This document shows, one piece after another, positions 48,512 through 58,000 of a stretch of DNA of 64,000 bases. The first letter of the stretch is position 1; the number at the start of each line of letters is the position of its first letter. Both the position numbers and the translations under genes were made by a program. The notes below the pieces were generated by a model, which saw nothing but the letters and a program-made list of their open reading frames with translations, searched no databases and was not told where the DNA came from. The stretch is from an uncultured Microthrixaceae bacterium (GTDB lineage Bacteria; Actinomycetota; Acidimicrobiia; Acidimicrobiales; VFJN01). The stretch lies in NCBI GenBank assembly GCA_963703565.1, contig CAVPEW010000043.1, positions 2,013 through 66,012 of the forward strand. Reading direction: 5' to 3'.

Positions 48512-49311
48512 CCGGGCGCATCAGCTTCGTGGGCGCCGGACCGGGCGCAGCCGACCTCATCACCCTGCGCGGGCGGGACCGCCTCGCCGCGGCCGACGTG
48601 GTCGTGTGGGCGTCCTCGCTGGTTCCCGAGTCCCTGCTCGAGCACTGCCGCAGCGATGTCGAGGTGCACGACTCGGCGATGATGACCCTCGAGGACGTCC
48701 TTGGCGTCTACGAGGCTCACCCCCACTCGCCGATGGTGCGGCTCCACTCGGGCGACCCGTCGATCTACGGCGCCATCGGCGAGCAGATCGCGTGGTGCGA
48801 GGCGCACGGGCGAGCGTTCGAGATCGTGCCGGGCGTGACCTCGGTGGCCGCCGCCGCGGCCGCGGTCGGCCGGGAGCTGACCGTGCCGAGGGTCGCGCAG
48901 TCGCTGGTGGTGACGCGCCTCGCCGGCCGCACGGCGGCCTCGATGCCTCCGGGCGAGTCCGTGGGCGCCTTCGCGGCTCACGGCACCACCATGGCTGTGC
49001 TGCTCTCGGCGGCTCGCCCGGCCGAGCTGCAGGCCGAGCTCCTGGCGCTCGGGTCGCGCTACACCCCCGACACCCCGGCCGTGGTCGTGATACGTGCCTC
49101 GTGGCCAGACGAGGCCGTCGTGCACACCACCGTGGGTGGCCTGCGAGACACCCTCGTCGCCACCGGGGCGCGGATGACCGTGCTGGTCCTGGTCGGTGAG
49201 GCACTCCGACTCGGCGCCGCCCCGGCCCGATCGCACCTCTACGACCCGACCTGGGCCCACCACTACCGCCGGCGCAGCCGGCCCGGCTCCACCGAGGGTC
49301 GCCCGGCATGA
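48508..49311 (+). CDS. cobM: Precorrin-4 C11-methyltransferase (CobM/CbiF)
   Basis: FVGAGPGAADLITLRG, RLHSGDPSIYGAIGEQ, PGVTS, ASWPDE, SHLYD. Confidence 0.95.
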   Translation: MTGRISFVGAGPGAADLITLRGRDRLAAADVVVWASSLVPESLLEHCRSDVEVHDSAMMTLEDVLGVYEAHPHSPMVRLHSGDPSIYGAIGEQIAWCEAHGRAFEIVPGVTSVAAAAAAVGRELTVPRVAQSLVVTRLAGRTAASMPPGESVGAFAAHGTTMAVLLSAARPAELQAELLALGSRYTPDTPAVVVIRASWPDEAVVHTTVGGLRDTLVATGARMTVLVLVGEALRLGAAPARSHLYDPTWAHHYRRRSRPGSTEGRPA

Positions 49312-50501
49312 CCGGCGACGACGCCGAAGCCCCGCCGACCGTCGAGCCCGACCTCGACGAGGAGGTCGCCGCGGTCGCCGGCAACCGCCTGCGCACCGGG
49401 TGGACGACGGGCACCTGCGCCTCCGCGGCGGCCAAGGCAGCCACGATGGCGCTGCTGCACGGCCGGGCCCCCGAGCGCGTCGAGGTGGCGCTGCCATCGG
49501 GCCGGCGCGTCGATTTCGCCGTCGAACCGTCCGTGGAGGCCGCTGGGGACGCGTGCTGCGTGGTGGTCAAGGACGCGGGTGACGACCCCGACTGCACCGA
49601 CGGTGCCCGTCTCACCGCCCGCGTCCGCTGGGGTTCGCCCGGTGGCGGCACCGAGATCCGCGGCGGGCCCGGCGTGGGCACAGTGACCCGCCCCGGGCTC
49701 GGTCTCGAGGTCGGTGGTCCCGCCATCAACCCGGTGCCGACCCGCATGATCCGCGCCGCGGTGGCCGAGGTGACCGACCGGCCGGTGGTGGTGACCATCT
49801 CGGTGCCCGGCGGGGTCGAGATGGCCGCACGCACCAGCAACGAGCGGCTCGGCATCGTGGGGGGCATCTCGATCCTGGGCACGACCGGCATCGTGCGGCC
49901 CTACTCGACCGCCGCCTACCGGGCGTCGGTCGTGCGTCAGCTCGACGTGGCAGCCGCCGGTGGCCAGCGCGTCGCGGTGCTGGCCACCGGGAGCCGCACC
50001 GACGCCGCCGCGCAGCGCATGTTCCCGGCGCTGGCGTCGGTGTGCTTCGTCGAGGTCGGTGACTTCGCCGGCACGGCCCTGCGCCACGCGGCGTCCGTGG
50101 GCGTGACCGAGGTGGTCGTGGTGGCCATGGCCGGCAAGATCGCCAAGCTGGCGGGCGGCGTCATGATGACCCACTTCCGCCGCTCGCACGTCGATGGCGA
50201 GCTGTTGGCCGAGGCGGCCGGCCGGGCGGGCGCGCCGGCGTCGGTCGTCGCCGCGGCGACCGAGACCGCCACCGCCCGCCACTTCGCCGAGGCCTGCCAG
50301 GCCGCGGGCGCGCTCGGCGCCCTCGACGAGCTCTGCGCCCGGGCGGCCGCCGCCTGCCGAGCCCACGCCCCCTCCCTCGAGTCGGTACGGGTGCTCATGG
50401 TCGACTTCGACGGCGACGCGGTCGTGGGCCGGGGCCACGCGGGTGCCGCGCCGCTCGAACCTCCTGGCCAGTCACCCCCCGGGCGGGGCGGGCTCCGATG
50501 A
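49308..50501 (+). CDS. cbiD: Cobalt-precorrin-5B C1-methyltransferase
   Basis: LRTGWTTGTCASAAAKAA, KDAGDDPDCT, AINPVP, LGIVGGISILGTTGIV, GKIAKLAGG. Confidence 0.95.
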   Translation: MTGDDAEAPPTVEPDLDEEVAAVAGNRLRTGWTTGTCASAAAKAATMALLHGRAPERVEVALPSGRRVDFAVEPSVEAAGDACCVVVKDAGDDPDCTDGARLTARVRWGSPGGGTEIRGGPGVGTVTRPGLGLEVGGPAINPVPTRMIRAAVAEVTDRPVVVTISVPGGVEMAARTSNERLGIVGGISILGTTGIVRPYSTAAYRASVVRQLDVAAAGGQRVAVLATGSRTDAAAQRMFPALASVCFVEVGDFAGTALRHAASVGVTEVVVVAMAGKIAKLAGGVMMTHFRRSHVDGELLAEAAGRAGAPASVVAAATETATARHFAEACQAAGALGALDELCARAAAACRAHAPSLESVRVLMVDFDGDAVVGRGHAGAAPLEPPGQSPPGRGGLR

Positions 50502-51721
50502 GCCCGGCAGCCGCGGAGCTGGCCGTGGTCGGTCTGCTCGCCGGGCAGCCGGTGGGTGCTCCCGCCGCCGCGGCGCTGGGATCTGCCCGCGTGGTGGTCG
50601 GCGGCCGGGCGCAGCTCGCCGCGCTGGCCCGTCCCGACCAGCGACAGGTCTGCCTGCAGGACCACGGCGTCGACGGGGCCCTCGGCCACGCCCTCGACGC
50701 GCTGGCAGCGGGCGTGGGCCCCGTGTGCGTGCTCGCCTCGGGCGATCCCGGCTTCTTCGGCATCGGGCGGGCCCTGGCTGCCCTCCTGGCCGGCGCCGAC
50801 GGTCTCGTCGCCGGGTTGGTGCCCGACGTGCACCCGGCGCCCTCGGCCGTGTCGCTCGCCTTCGCCCGGCTGGCCCGGCCCTGGGACGACGCCGCGGTGG
50901 TCTCCGGCCACGGCCGGGACCCCGAGGCGGCTTGCGCCGCGGTCCGCGCCGCGCTGGCACAGGGTCGCAGCGCAGCGGTGCTCACCTCCCCTGGCCTGCC
51001 CCCCGAGGCGCTCGGCGCCGCCCTCGAGCCGGCCGCGGTGGGCACGGTCCACGTCTGCTCGTCCCTCGCCGAGCCCGACGAGGCCGTCACCCGCACCGAC
51101 CGCGCCGGGCTGGCCTCGCGACGCTGGCCGCACCGCTCGGTGGTGGTGGTCGACCCGCCCGGCGCTTCCGTGTCTGCCGGACCCACCGTGGCTCGCGCCC
51201 TCGCCGTCGACGAGCTCGAGCACCGCGGGGGCATGATCACCAAGCCCGAGGTGCGCGCTGTCGTCCTGGCCCGCCTGGCGCTGCCCGACCAGGGCGTGCT
51301 GTGGGACCTGGGAGCAGGAAGCGCCTCCGTGGCGATCGAGGCCGCGCTGGCCGCTCCGGGCATGGAGGTGGTGGCGGTAGAACGCCGGGCCGGCGACGCC
51401 GAGCGGGCACGGGCCAACGCCGCGCGCCACGGGGTCGACGTGGAGGTGGTCAACGGCGAGGCGCCGGCCGTGCTCGAGGCCCTGGCCGACCCCGACCGGG
51501 TCTTCGTGGGCGGGGGAGGCTTGGAGGTGCTCGATGCAGCGCTGGCGCGCCTGCGCCCGGGCGGACGAGTCGTGATGACCTGCACGGCGCTGGAGACCGC
51601 TCTCGGCGCGCGGCTGCGTCTTGGAAGCGCTGTGCAGCTGGCGGTGAGCCAACTGCTCCCGATCGGCACCGGGCACCGAATGGCTCCCGACAACCCGGTG
51701 CTGGTGGTCTGGGGACCGTGA
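50498..51721 (+). CDS. cobL: Precorrin-6Y C5,C15-methyltransferase (CbiE-CbiT fusion, CobL)
   Basis: LASGDPGFFGIG, SGHGR, MITKPEVR, LWDLGAGSASVAIE, PDRVFVGG. Confidence 0.92.
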   Translation: MSPAAAELAVVGLLAGQPVGAPAAAALGSARVVVGGRAQLAALARPDQRQVCLQDHGVDGALGHALDALAAGVGPVCVLASGDPGFFGIGRALAALLAGADGLVAGLVPDVHPAPSAVSLAFARLARPWDDAAVVSGHGRDPEAACAAVRAALAQGRSAAVLTSPGLPPEALGAALEPAAVGTVHVCSSLAEPDEAVTRTDRAGLASRRWPHRSVVVVDPPGASVSAGPTVARALAVDELEHRGGMITKPEVRAVVLARLALPDQGVLWDLGAGSASVAIEAALAAPGMEVVAVERRAGDAERARANAARHGVDVEVVNGEAPAVLEALADPDRVFVGGGGLEVLDAALARLRPGGRVVMTCTALETALGARLRLGSAVQLAVSQLLPIGTGHRMAPDNPVLVVWGP

Positions 51722-53472
51722 GCGCACCGCCCGGGCCGCCACCCGCGTCGCCGCGCGGAGGCGCCAGCGTGGCGCCGCGCACGCTGGTGGTGTCGGTCAC
51801 CGACGCGGGCGCCGCTCTGGCCGAACGCCTGCCCTACGAGCACGTTCGCGCCCAGGGGTCGGTGGGCGAGGTGGTCGCACCTCGCTGGCCGACGCTGGAG
51901 CGCCTGGTGGTGGTCGGCGCGACCGGCATAGCCGTGCGGGTGGTGGCGCCCCTGCTGGGAGCGAAGGGCACCGGTCCGGGCGTGGTGTGCCTCGACGACG
52001 CCGGACGCTGGGCCATAGCTCTGGTAGGCGGCCACGCCGGGGGAGCCAACGATCTGGCGGGCGAGCTGGCGGCCACGCTGGGTGCCACCGCCGTGGTCAC
52101 CACCGCCACCGACGCTGCGGGTCTACCGGCGTTGGAGCGCATCGAGGGCTGGATGACGGTGGGCGCGCTGGCGGCGGTGACCGCCGCCCTGCTGCGCGGC
52201 GACCGGGTCGCCCTGTCGGTCGACGCCGGCCTCGCCGCCTGGACCCTGCCGCCGACGTTGGCCCAGCGCCTCGACCCGGCCGGCCCGGGGGCGACGTCGG
52301 GGCCCCGGTTGCGCGTCACCGACAGGTCGGTCGAGCCCGGAGCCGGCGAGGTCGTCGCCCATCCGCCCTCGCTGGTGCTCGGCGTCGGCTCGTCGGCGGG
52401 CGTCGCCGCCCGGGAGGTGGCAGCGCTGGTCGACGATGCCCTGGCGGGAGCCGGCCTGGCCCGCGCCAGCGTGGCGGAGGTGGCAACGGTCGACCTCAAG
52501 GCCCGGGAACCCGGGATCGTGGCGCTCGGGCATCCGATGCGTACCTTCGCCGTGGACACGCTCGCCGCGGTGGCGGTCCCCACCCCCAGCGAGGTCGTCG
52601 CCGCCGCGGTGGGCACGCCCAGCGTGGCCGAGGCGGCCGCCCTGGTCGCCGCGGGGCCCGGCGCCACGCTGGTCGTGCCGAAGGTCCGCTCCGCTGCCGC
52701 CACCGTGGCCGTGGCCCGGCGGGCAGGTCCTCGTGGCCATCTGGCGGTGGTGGGCCTGGGCCCCGGCGGGCCGGCGCACCGCACCCCTGCCGCGGCCGCC
52801 GCGGTGCGTCACGCGTCGGTGGTCGTCGGCTACGGCCCCTACCTGGATCAGGCGGCGGACCTCCTCGGCCCCGCTCAGGACGTAGTGGCCAGCCCGATAG
52901 GTGCCGAGGTGGCGCGGGCGACGACGGCGTTGGAGCGCGCCGCCGACGGAGCCCGGGTGGCGCTGGTGTGCTCGGGTGACGCGGGGGTCTACGCCATGGC
53001 CTCCATAGTGTTCGAGCTCGCCGCGAAGCGCCCCGACTGGGACCCGGCGGGGATCGAGGTGCTGCCCGGGGTGACCGCAGCGCTCGCGTCAGCCGCGCTG
53101 CTGGGGGCGCCGCTGGGCCACGACCACGTGGCCATCAGCCTGTCGGACCTGCTGACCCCCTGGCCGGTGATCGAGGGCCGGATCCGGGCCGCGGCCGCAG
53201 CCGACCTGGTGGTCACCTTCTACAACCCACGCTCGAAGGGTCGCGACTGGCAGCTGGGGATCGCCCGGTCGATCCTCGTCGAGCACCGGGGGCCGGCGAC
53301 GCCGGTCGGCCTGGTCACCGACGCCGGCCGGCCGGGCCAGCGGGTGCAGGTCACGTCCCTCGGCGAGCTCGACGTGGACGCGGTGGGCATGACCACCTGT
53401 GTGGTGGTGGGCTCGTCGGCTTCGTTCACCGCCGCCGGGCGCATCGTCACCCCCCGGGGCTACGAGCTGTGA
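51718..53472 (+). CDS. cobJ: CbiG fused to precorrin-3B C17-methyltransferase (CobJ/CbiH)
   Basis: CbiG: GIAVR, GGHAGGANDLA, VTTATD, SVAEAAA. CobJ: VGLGPG, SGDAGVYAMA, GAPLGHD, ISLSDLLTPW, FYNPRS, TPRGY. Confidence 0.92.
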   Translation: MSAPPGPPPASPRGGASVAPRTLVVSVTDAGAALAERLPYEHVRAQGSVGEVVAPRWPTLERLVVVGATGIAVRVVAPLLGAKGTGPGVVCLDDAGRWAIALVGGHAGGANDLAGELAATLGATAVVTTATDAAGLPALERIEGWMTVGALAAVTAALLRGDRVALSVDAGLAAWTLPPTLAQRLDPAGPGATSGPRLRVTDRSVEPGAGEVVAHPPSLVLGVGSSAGVAAREVAALVDDALAGAGLARASVAEVATVDLKAREPGIVALGHPMRTFAVDTLAAVAVPTPSEVVAAAVGTPSVAEAAALVAAGPGATLVVPKVRSAAATVAVARRAGPRGHLAVVGLGPGGPAHRTPAAAAAVRHASVVVGYGPYLDQAADLLGPAQDVVASPIGAEVARATTALERAADGARVALVCSGDAGVYAMASIVFELAAKRPDWDPAGIEVLPGVTAALASAALLGAPLGHDHVAISLSDLLTPWPVIEGRIRAAAAADLVVTFYNPRSKGRDWQLGIARSILVEHRGPATPVGLVTDAGRPGQRVQVTSLGELDVDAVGMTTCVVVGSSASFTAAGRIVTPRGYEL

Positions 53473-53702
53473 GAGCGACCCGCGGGACCGGGGTGGGGGC
53501 GCCCACCGCGCGGATCGACGCGCGCTGCACAGCTTGCGGGCTGTGCCTGGTTACCTGCGGGCCCAGGGCCCTGCGGCCCGCGCCACGGCGGCCCCTGGTG
53601 CTCGACGGGGCGTGCACGGGCTGCGGCGACTGCGTGGAGGTCTGCCCGGTCGGGGCGGTCCGCCTGGTTCCGGTCCCCGGAACAGGGCGGTGCGCGCCGT
53701 GA
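53469..53702 (+). CDS. 2x[4Fe-4S] ferredoxin
   Basis: CTACGLCLVTC and CTGCGDCVEVCP; overlaps both neighbours by 4 nt. Confidence 0.85.
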   Translation: MRATRGTGVGAPTARIDARCTACGLCLVTCGPRALRPAPRRPLVLDGACTGCGDCVEVCPVGAVRLVPVPGTGRCAP

Positions 53703-54304
53703 GCCCCGCGCCGGAGCGGATCCACCCCATCGAGGTGGCCAGCTACGAGGTCCTGCGCTCCCGTGTCGATCTGTCGCACCTCCCTACGCCCGAACGGGCT
53801 GTCGCCGAGCGCGTCGTGCATGCATCGGCCGACGTCCACTACGCGGTCTCGCTGGTCTTCGCGCCGGGCGCGTGCGAGGCGGGCATCGAGGCGCTGCGCG
53901 CGGGCGGGGTCGTGGTGTGCGACACCGAGATGGTGCGCCACGGCATCACCGGAGCCCCCACCGCCTGCGGCCTCGACCACCCCCGGGTCGCGGCGCTCGT
54001 CGCCACCCGTCCAGGTACGACCCGCAGCGCCGCGGGCATGGCCCTGGCCGCCGAGGCCCATCCTCGACCGGCGGTGGTCTGCGTGGGCAACGCGCCCACC
54101 GCGCTGGACGAGGCGATCGAGCTGACGTTGTCGGGGCGCTGGGCGCCGGCCCTGCTGGTGGGTCTGCCCGTGGGCTTCATCGGCGCTGCCGAGGCCAAGT
54201 CCCGCCTGGCCTCCAGCGGGCTGCCCGCGGTGACCAACGTGGGCGAGCGCGGCGGGTCCGCGGTGGCCTGCGCGGCCGTCAACGCCCTGTGGAGGCTCGT
54301 GTGA
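53699..54304 (+). CDS. cobH: Precorrin-8X methylmutase (CobH/CbiC)
   Basis: HPIE, RVVHASAD, TRSAA, GNAPTAL, PVGFIGAAEAK, RGGSAVA. Confidence 0.95.
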   Translation: MSPAPERIHPIEVASYEVLRSRVDLSHLPTPERAVAERVVHASADVHYAVSLVFAPGACEAGIEALRAGGVVVCDTEMVRHGITGAPTACGLDHPRVAALVATRPGTTRSAAGMALAAEAHPRPAVVCVGNAPTALDEAIELTLSGRWAPALLVGLPVGFIGAAEAKSRLASSGLPAVTNVGERGGSAVACAAVNALWRLV

Positions 54305-54335
54305 GGCGGCCGGGATCGCGCCTTGGAGGTCGGCC

Positions 54336-55388
54336 GTGACCGCCCGGCGTGGCGCGGGTGGGCGAGGCGAGCGAGACCACCACGGGGCACCGATCCAGAT
54401 CGAGGCGGCCGGGCGAACGCTGCGCATCACCAGCCCCGACAAGGTCATGTTCCCCGGCGCCGGGCGGACCAAGGCCGACCTGGCCCGCTACTACCTCGCT
54501 GTGGGCGAGGCCATCATGCCCACCCTCGTCGACCGCCCGACGCTGCTGCAGCGCTTCCCCGAGGGGGTCGGCGGCCCGTCGTTCTTCCAGAAGCGGATCC
54601 CCGAGTCGGCGCCGGACTGGCTGGTCACCACCACGGTCTCGACCCCGAACGGCACCACCTCGCGCGCCATCGTCATGGCCGACCTCGGCCACGTCCTGTG
54701 GACCGTCAACCAGGGCTGCCTGGGCCTGCACCCCTGGCCCTACCGTGCTGGGAACCCCGAGCACGTGGACGAGCTGTGCATCGACCTGGACCCCTCACCG
54801 GGGGTCGACTTCGAGATGGTCCGCGAGGCGGCGGCGGAGGTTCGCGCTTGGCTGGCCGAGTGCGGCATCACGGCGTGGCCCAAGACGACCGGCAACCGGG
54901 GCCTGCACCTCTACGTAGGAGTCGAGGAGGGCCGCGACGCGCTGGCGGTGCGCCAGGCTGCGGTGGCGGTGGCTCGAACGATGCAGGAGCGCCGACCCGA
55001 CCTGCTCACCGCTGAGTGGTGGAAGGAGCAGCGCGGCCGGCGCGTGTTCGTGGACTTCAACCAGAACGCTCCGCACAAGACCGTCTTCGGAGCCTGGTGC
55101 GTGCGCCCGCGCACCGGGGCGCAGGTGTCGACCCCGTTCGCTTGGGACGAGTTGGCCACGGTCGAACCGGACTCGCTCACCATCGACACCGTGGCGGAGC
55201 GCGTCGCCACCGGTGGCGACCCCTGGCAGGGGATGCACCGAGCACCTCAGTCGATCGAGCCGCTGCTGCAGCGCTACCGACGCGATCTGGCCCGCGGTGT
55301 GCCCGACGCGCCCTGGCCACCCGTGTACCCCAAGATGCCCGACGAGGCCCCCCGTGTCGCCCCCAGCCGGGCGCGCCGACCTAGCTGA
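54336..55388 (+). CDS. Stand-alone LigD polymerase-domain (primase-polymerase) protein
   Basis: TSPDKVMFP, TKADLARYY, RFPEG, FFQK, IDLDP, KTTGNRGLH, WWKEQRG, VFVDFNQN, VSTP. Confidence 0.9.
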   Translation: MTARRGAGGRGERDHHGAPIQIEAAGRTLRITSPDKVMFPGAGRTKADLARYYLAVGEAIMPTLVDRPTLLQRFPEGVGGPSFFQKRIPESAPDWLVTTTVSTPNGTTSRAIVMADLGHVLWTVNQGCLGLHPWPYRAGNPEHVDELCIDLDPSPGVDFEMVREAAAEVRAWLAECGITAWPKTTGNRGLHLYVGVEEGRDALAVRQAAVAVARTMQERRPDLLTAEWWKEQRGRRVFVDFNQNAPHKTVFGAWCVRPRTGAQVSTPFAWDELATVEPDSLTIDTVAERVATGGDPWQGMHRAPQSIEPLLQRYRRDLARGVPDAPWPPVYPKMPDEAPRVAPSRARRPS

Positions 55389-55469
55389 ACGCCGCCCGGT
55401 CCGTCCGCCGCCGCCGTGGCCCCCGGGCCGCGGGGCCCGAGCCCGGGTCTGTGCCACGATGACGCTCGC

Positions 55470-57056
55470 ATGACCGGCGACGACCTGTGGGTGCCGACCG
55501 ACGACGCCGACGCAGTGCTCGCCTGGCTTGCCGAGCACTTGCGGGTCGAGGTGGGACCCGGCCTGCAGACCACGCGGGTGGCGCTGGACACCTTCGACGG
55601 TCGCGTGCACCGCGCCGGGTTGACCGCCGGCTTCGAGCTCGCTGCGACTCCCGGCACCGACGTGTTGGCGGTGGCCGAACGCGACGGCACCCCCGTGGGG
55701 GTGGCCGCCCTGCCCCGACGGCCGGTGGTGCGCATCGGCGACCTCGAGGCGGGTCCTCTGCGGGACCGCCTGGCGCCGCTGCTGCAGGAGCGGGCGCTGC
55801 TCGCCGGTGCCGAGGTGCGCACCCGCGCCCGGTCGGTGCGGGTGCTCAACGACGACGACAAGACGGTGGTGAGGATCTGGGTCCTCGAGCCGGTCGCATC
55901 GCCGGCTGGTCCCCGACCCGTGCCCGCGGGCGCGGCGGCAGAGGGTGGTGCGCCCGTTGCGCTGCGCCTGCGGGTGCGGGTCGCCGGGGTGCGCGGATAC
56001 GAGCGGGCCCGGGCCACGACGCTGGCCCGGCTCGTCGAGGGCCTGGGTGCCTCGGTGGCCGAGGGTTCCCTCGACGAGGAGGGCCTGGGGGCCGTCGGCA
56101 TCGATCCGGCCGGGGTGCGCCCGTCGCTCGAAGTCGGCCTGGAGCCGTCCACGCCGGCCGCCACCGCACTGGCCCTGGTCCTGGGACGGCTGATCGCCAC
56201 CGTCGAGGCCAACCGTGCCGGCACGGTCGCCGACTGGGACACCGAGTTCCTCCACGACCTGCGTGTCGCCGTGCGCCGTGCCCGCACGGTGCTGCGCAAC
56301 CTGCCCGGCGTGGCCGACGAGGACGACCTGCACTGGTGGCGCAGCGAGCTGCGCTGGCTCCAGGAGGTGACGGGGCCGACACGAGACCTCGACGTCCACC
56401 TCGACGACGTGGGCAACTACCGGCGGTGGGTCCCGGACTCCCTGTCGGGGGCGCTGGACCCGCTGGGTGAGCTGCTCACCGAGCGGCGCCAGGCGGCCTT
56501 CGACCAGATGGTCGACGCCCTGGGCTCGCAGCGCTACCGCGACCTGGTCGACGAGCTCGGGGACTGGCTCGAACAGGTGCGGGTCCGCGGTCCTGGCGCC
56601 GGTCCCGAAGCGGGCGAGCCGGTCGGCGCGATGGTCGGGCGGCGCATCCGCAAGGTCCATCGACGCATCGTCGACCAGGGAGCGCGCATCGACGACCACA
56701 GCCCGGGCGAGGCGTTCCACGACCTGCGCAAGCGGGGCAAGGAGCTGCGCTACCTGCTCGAGGTGTTCGGGCCCTGCTACGACGCCGACGCGGTGCGGAG
56801 CACCGTCAAGCAGCTCAAGGCGCTCCAGGACGTGCTCGGACGCCACCAGGACCGCGCTGTGCAGCTCGACGCGCTGGTGGGCCTCGGCCCCGAGCTGGCG
56901 GGGCGCGAGCGGGGGGCGGAGTCGCTCATGGCCCTGGGCTCGGTCGTCGAGCGCCTCGTCGAGGACCAGCACGAGGCACGGGCCCGCTTCGGCGAGGCCT
57001 TCGCGGCGTTCGCCACGCCCGAACGGCGCCGGCTGGTGCGGCGGACCTTCCGGTGA
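55470..57056 (+). CDS. CHAD-domain (polyphosphate-binding) protein with a degenerate CYTH-like N-terminus
   Basis: DTEFLHDLRVAVRRAR, TRDLDV, HDLRKRGKELRY, LKALQDVLGRHQD; N-terminal LDTFDGR. Confidence 0.88.
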   Translation: MTGDDLWVPTDDADAVLAWLAEHLRVEVGPGLQTTRVALDTFDGRVHRAGLTAGFELAATPGTDVLAVAERDGTPVGVAALPRRPVVRIGDLEAGPLRDRLAPLLQERALLAGAEVRTRARSVRVLNDDDKTVVRIWVLEPVASPAGPRPVPAGAAAEGGAPVALRLRVRVAGVRGYERARATTLARLVEGLGASVAEGSLDEEGLGAVGIDPAGVRPSLEVGLEPSTPAATALALVLGRLIATVEANRAGTVADWDTEFLHDLRVAVRRARTVLRNLPGVADEDDLHWWRSELRWLQEVTGPTRDLDVHLDDVGNYRRWVPDSLSGALDPLGELLTERRQAAFDQMVDALGSQRYRDLVDELGDWLEQVRVRGPGAGPEAGEPVGAMVGRRIRKVHRRIVDQGARIDDHSPGEAFHDLRKRGKELRYLLEVFGPCYDADAVRSTVKQLKALQDVLGRHQDRAVQLDALVGLGPELAGRERGAESLMALGSVVERLVEDQHEARARFGEAFAAFATPERRRLVRRTFR

Positions 57057-57826
57057 GGGTGGTCGCCACCTACAACCTCAAGGGCGGGGTCGGCAAGACC
57101 TCCGCCGCGGTGAACCTGGCCGGCCTCGCCGCCCTCGACGGGCTGCGGGTGCTGCTGTGGGACCTCGACCCCCAGGGCTCGGCCACGTACCTGCTGCGCA
57201 TCAAACCCAAGGTGCGCGGCGGAGGTCGCCGGCTCGTGCGAGGAAAGACCGAGATCGACCCGCTGCTGCGCGGCAGCGACGTGGAGGGGCTCGACGTCCT
57301 GCCCGCCGACTTCACCTACCGCAACCTCGACCTTGCCCTCGAGGGCGGGAAGCGATCCACCACCCGGATCGCCCGCCTGCTGGCGCCGCTCGCGGACCAG
57401 TACGACCTGGTCGTGCTGGACTGCCCGCCGTCGATCTCGCTGCTGTCGGAGAACGTGTTCGAGGCTGCCGACGCGCTGCTCATCCCGCTGATCCCCGCCA
57501 CGCTGTCGCTGCGCACCTACGAGCAGCTCCGGACCTTCATAGCCAGGGAGGTGCCCGAGCCACCCGAGCTCATCCCGTTCCTGTCGATGGTCGACCGTCG
57601 CAAGCGCCTGCACCGCGACGTGCTCGACGCGTTGGCCGGCAACGTGGCCCGGGCGGTCATACCGGCCGCGACCGAGGTCGAGCTGATGGGGGTGCAGCGC
57701 ATGGGTGTCGAAGGGTTCGCGCCCGCCTCGCGCCCCGCCCGCGCCTACCGGGCCCTGTGGGACGAGGTGGCGGCCCGCCTCGGGCTGGCGCCGAGCGCCG
57801 CTCGTGCGAGCAACCCGCTCAGGTAG
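57053..57826 (+). CDS. ParA/Soj-family ATPase (orphan)
   Basis: Deviant Walker A KGGVGKT, DLDPQG, LDCPP; GTGA overlap with the CHAD gene; no parB adjacent. Confidence 0.9.
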   Translation: MRVVATYNLKGGVGKTSAAVNLAGLAALDGLRVLLWDLDPQGSATYLLRIKPKVRGGGRRLVRGKTEIDPLLRGSDVEGLDVLPADFTYRNLDLALEGGKRSTTRIARLLAPLADQYDLVVLDCPPSISLLSENVFEAADALLIPLIPATLSLRTYEQLRTFIAREVPEPPELIPFLSMVDRRKRLHRDVLDALAGNVARAVIPAATEVELMGVQRMGVEGFAPASRPARAYRALWDEVAARLGLAPSAARASNPLR

Positions 57827-58000
57827 TCGTCGATGGGCGGCGGGCGGCACCGCCCAGGGCGTAGTGGGCACGCAGCGCACCGACTGGTGCGTCGAGGTGC
57901 CGCAGTCGTCACCGCCTCTTCGGTACCGTGCTCGGGGCGGTGGCCGGGTGACCACCGCCCCGGTCGCAATGTGCCCGGTGGGCTCGAACGGCGGTGAGAC

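Noticed and set aside
57053..57826. ParA as evidence of a plasmid, prophage or chromosome partition locus
   Set aside because: No parB, rep, integrase or phage genes; flanked by housekeeping genes.
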